Source: Planctomycetota bacterium
Lineage (GTDB): Bacteria > Planctomycetota > GCA-002687715 > DRQF01
Reading direction: 5' to 3'
Assembly: GCA_036479435.1 (NCBI GenBank)
Contig: JAZGFI010000209.1
Coordinates: 1-28,092 of the forward strand
DNA: 28,092 nt
The position numbers were made by a program, and so were the translations under genes. Every line of letters starts with the position of its first letter. Within the stretch, counting starts at the first letter, position 1. Below are positions 27,153 through 28,092 of this stretch, in pieces. The notes below the pieces were generated by a model, which saw only the letters and a list, made by a program, of their open reading frames with translations, ran no database searches and was not told where the DNA came from.

Positions 27153-27176
27153 CCTTGCGGGAAAAAAGGAAGACCC

Positions 27177-27938
27177 ATGCAACGGCATCGAGTATTCGAC
27201 AGTTTCGGCGGCGTGCCCATCAAGGCCTGGATCAACGGAGTCCACCTCGAGGATCAGGCTTTGGCGCAACTCCTCAACGTGGCGCAACTTCCGATCGTCC
27301 ACCAGTGGGTGGCGGCGATGCCCGACGTCCACTGGGGATTGGGAGCCACCATCGGCAGCGTGATCCCCACTATTGCTGCGGTCATCCCCGCGGCGGTCGG
27401 CGTCGACATCGGCTGCGGCATGATGGCGGTCGAAACGTCACTAAGGGCCAACGACTTGCCGGACGACCTGAAGGCGATGCGCTCGGCCATCGAAAGAGCC
27501 GTTCCACACGGAAGCTCGCCGCGCAGATCGCGCGACAAGGGCTCGTGGTCGACGCCGCCTTCGCGGGCCGAGAAGGCTTGGGCCGAGATGGAAGGCGGCT
27601 ACCAAGGGATCATCGTCAAGCACTCTAAACTCGATCGCGGCAAGCACATTCAGCAGCTGGGAACGCTGGGCGGAGGCAACCACTTCATCGAAGTTTGCCT
27701 CGACGAAGCGGGGCGAGTTTGGATCATGCTGCACTCGGGTTCGCGCGGGGTCGGCAACCGAATCGGTACCTACTTCATCGAACTGGCGAAAAAAGACATG
27801 GAGCGCCAAGACCGTCAATTGCCGGACAAAAACTTGTCGTACTTCTCGGAAGGCAGCGAGCACTTCGGCGAATACGTTGAAGCCGTCGAATGGGCACAGG
27901 GTGCGGATCCTCTGCGACGACACTTATATCCTTACTAA
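27177..27938 (+). pseudogene. rtcB: RtcB RNA 2',3'-cyclic phosphate/5'-OH ligase, 3'-truncated
   Basis: MPDVH.G.GATIGSV, VGVDIGCGM, LGTLGGGNHFIE and LHSGSRG motifs. Similarity ends at EWAQ (about 27899); the HGAGR catalytic-His region is missing. Confidence 0.92.
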
Positions 27939-28074
27939 ACATAGACTTAGGTCTTTTTCGGGCTAGAAAATTGGGGCCATCCTTGCTACCTATGCAATGC
28001 AAAACGCAATAGGCCAGCACGGAGACCCCAAATGTCATCAGAACAAGCGTACTCGGAAACACCGTTCGGTTCAT
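27900..28074 (-). pseudogene. 5' stub of a convergent gene with a hydrophobic N-terminus, truncated at the rtcB junction
   Basis: ATG 28074 after GAGAG. MNRTVFPSTLVLMTFGVSVLAYCVL, then the frame runs into rtcB antisense. Confidence 0.35.
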
Positions 28075-28092
28075 CCCACTCTCTTTTCGAGG

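Overview
A GC-rich bacterial window, most likely Planctomycetota. That call is inferred from an ECF sigma/Ser-Thr kinase pair and a giant membrane-anchored ECF sigma fusion. Apparently intact genes include those two signalling modules, a secreted NIDO-like protein, a CD225 protein, an InaA/Kdo-family kinase, a VOC/cupin protein, a DUF2779 nuclease, a HAMP-like membrane protein, a lipoprotein and a DinB-family protein. Roughly ten other genes are damaged by internal deletions, frameshifts or nonsense codons: two paralogous membrane proteins, a Pls/PosA-type NRPS, an ExeA-type ATPase, DUF6796, CRTAC1/UnbV, Asp/Asn beta-hydroxylase, a DegT aminotransferase and rtcB. The most striking observation is at 1183-2112 (minus strand). 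Two ORFs are joined in frame by a single UGA directly after a Cys codon, and a stem-loop with a GGU apical loop, resembling a bacterial SECIS, begins immediately after that UGA. This is a candidate secreted selenoprotein with a Cys-Sec motif in a family I do not recognise. All family assignments come from motif recognition by eye; no database searches were run.
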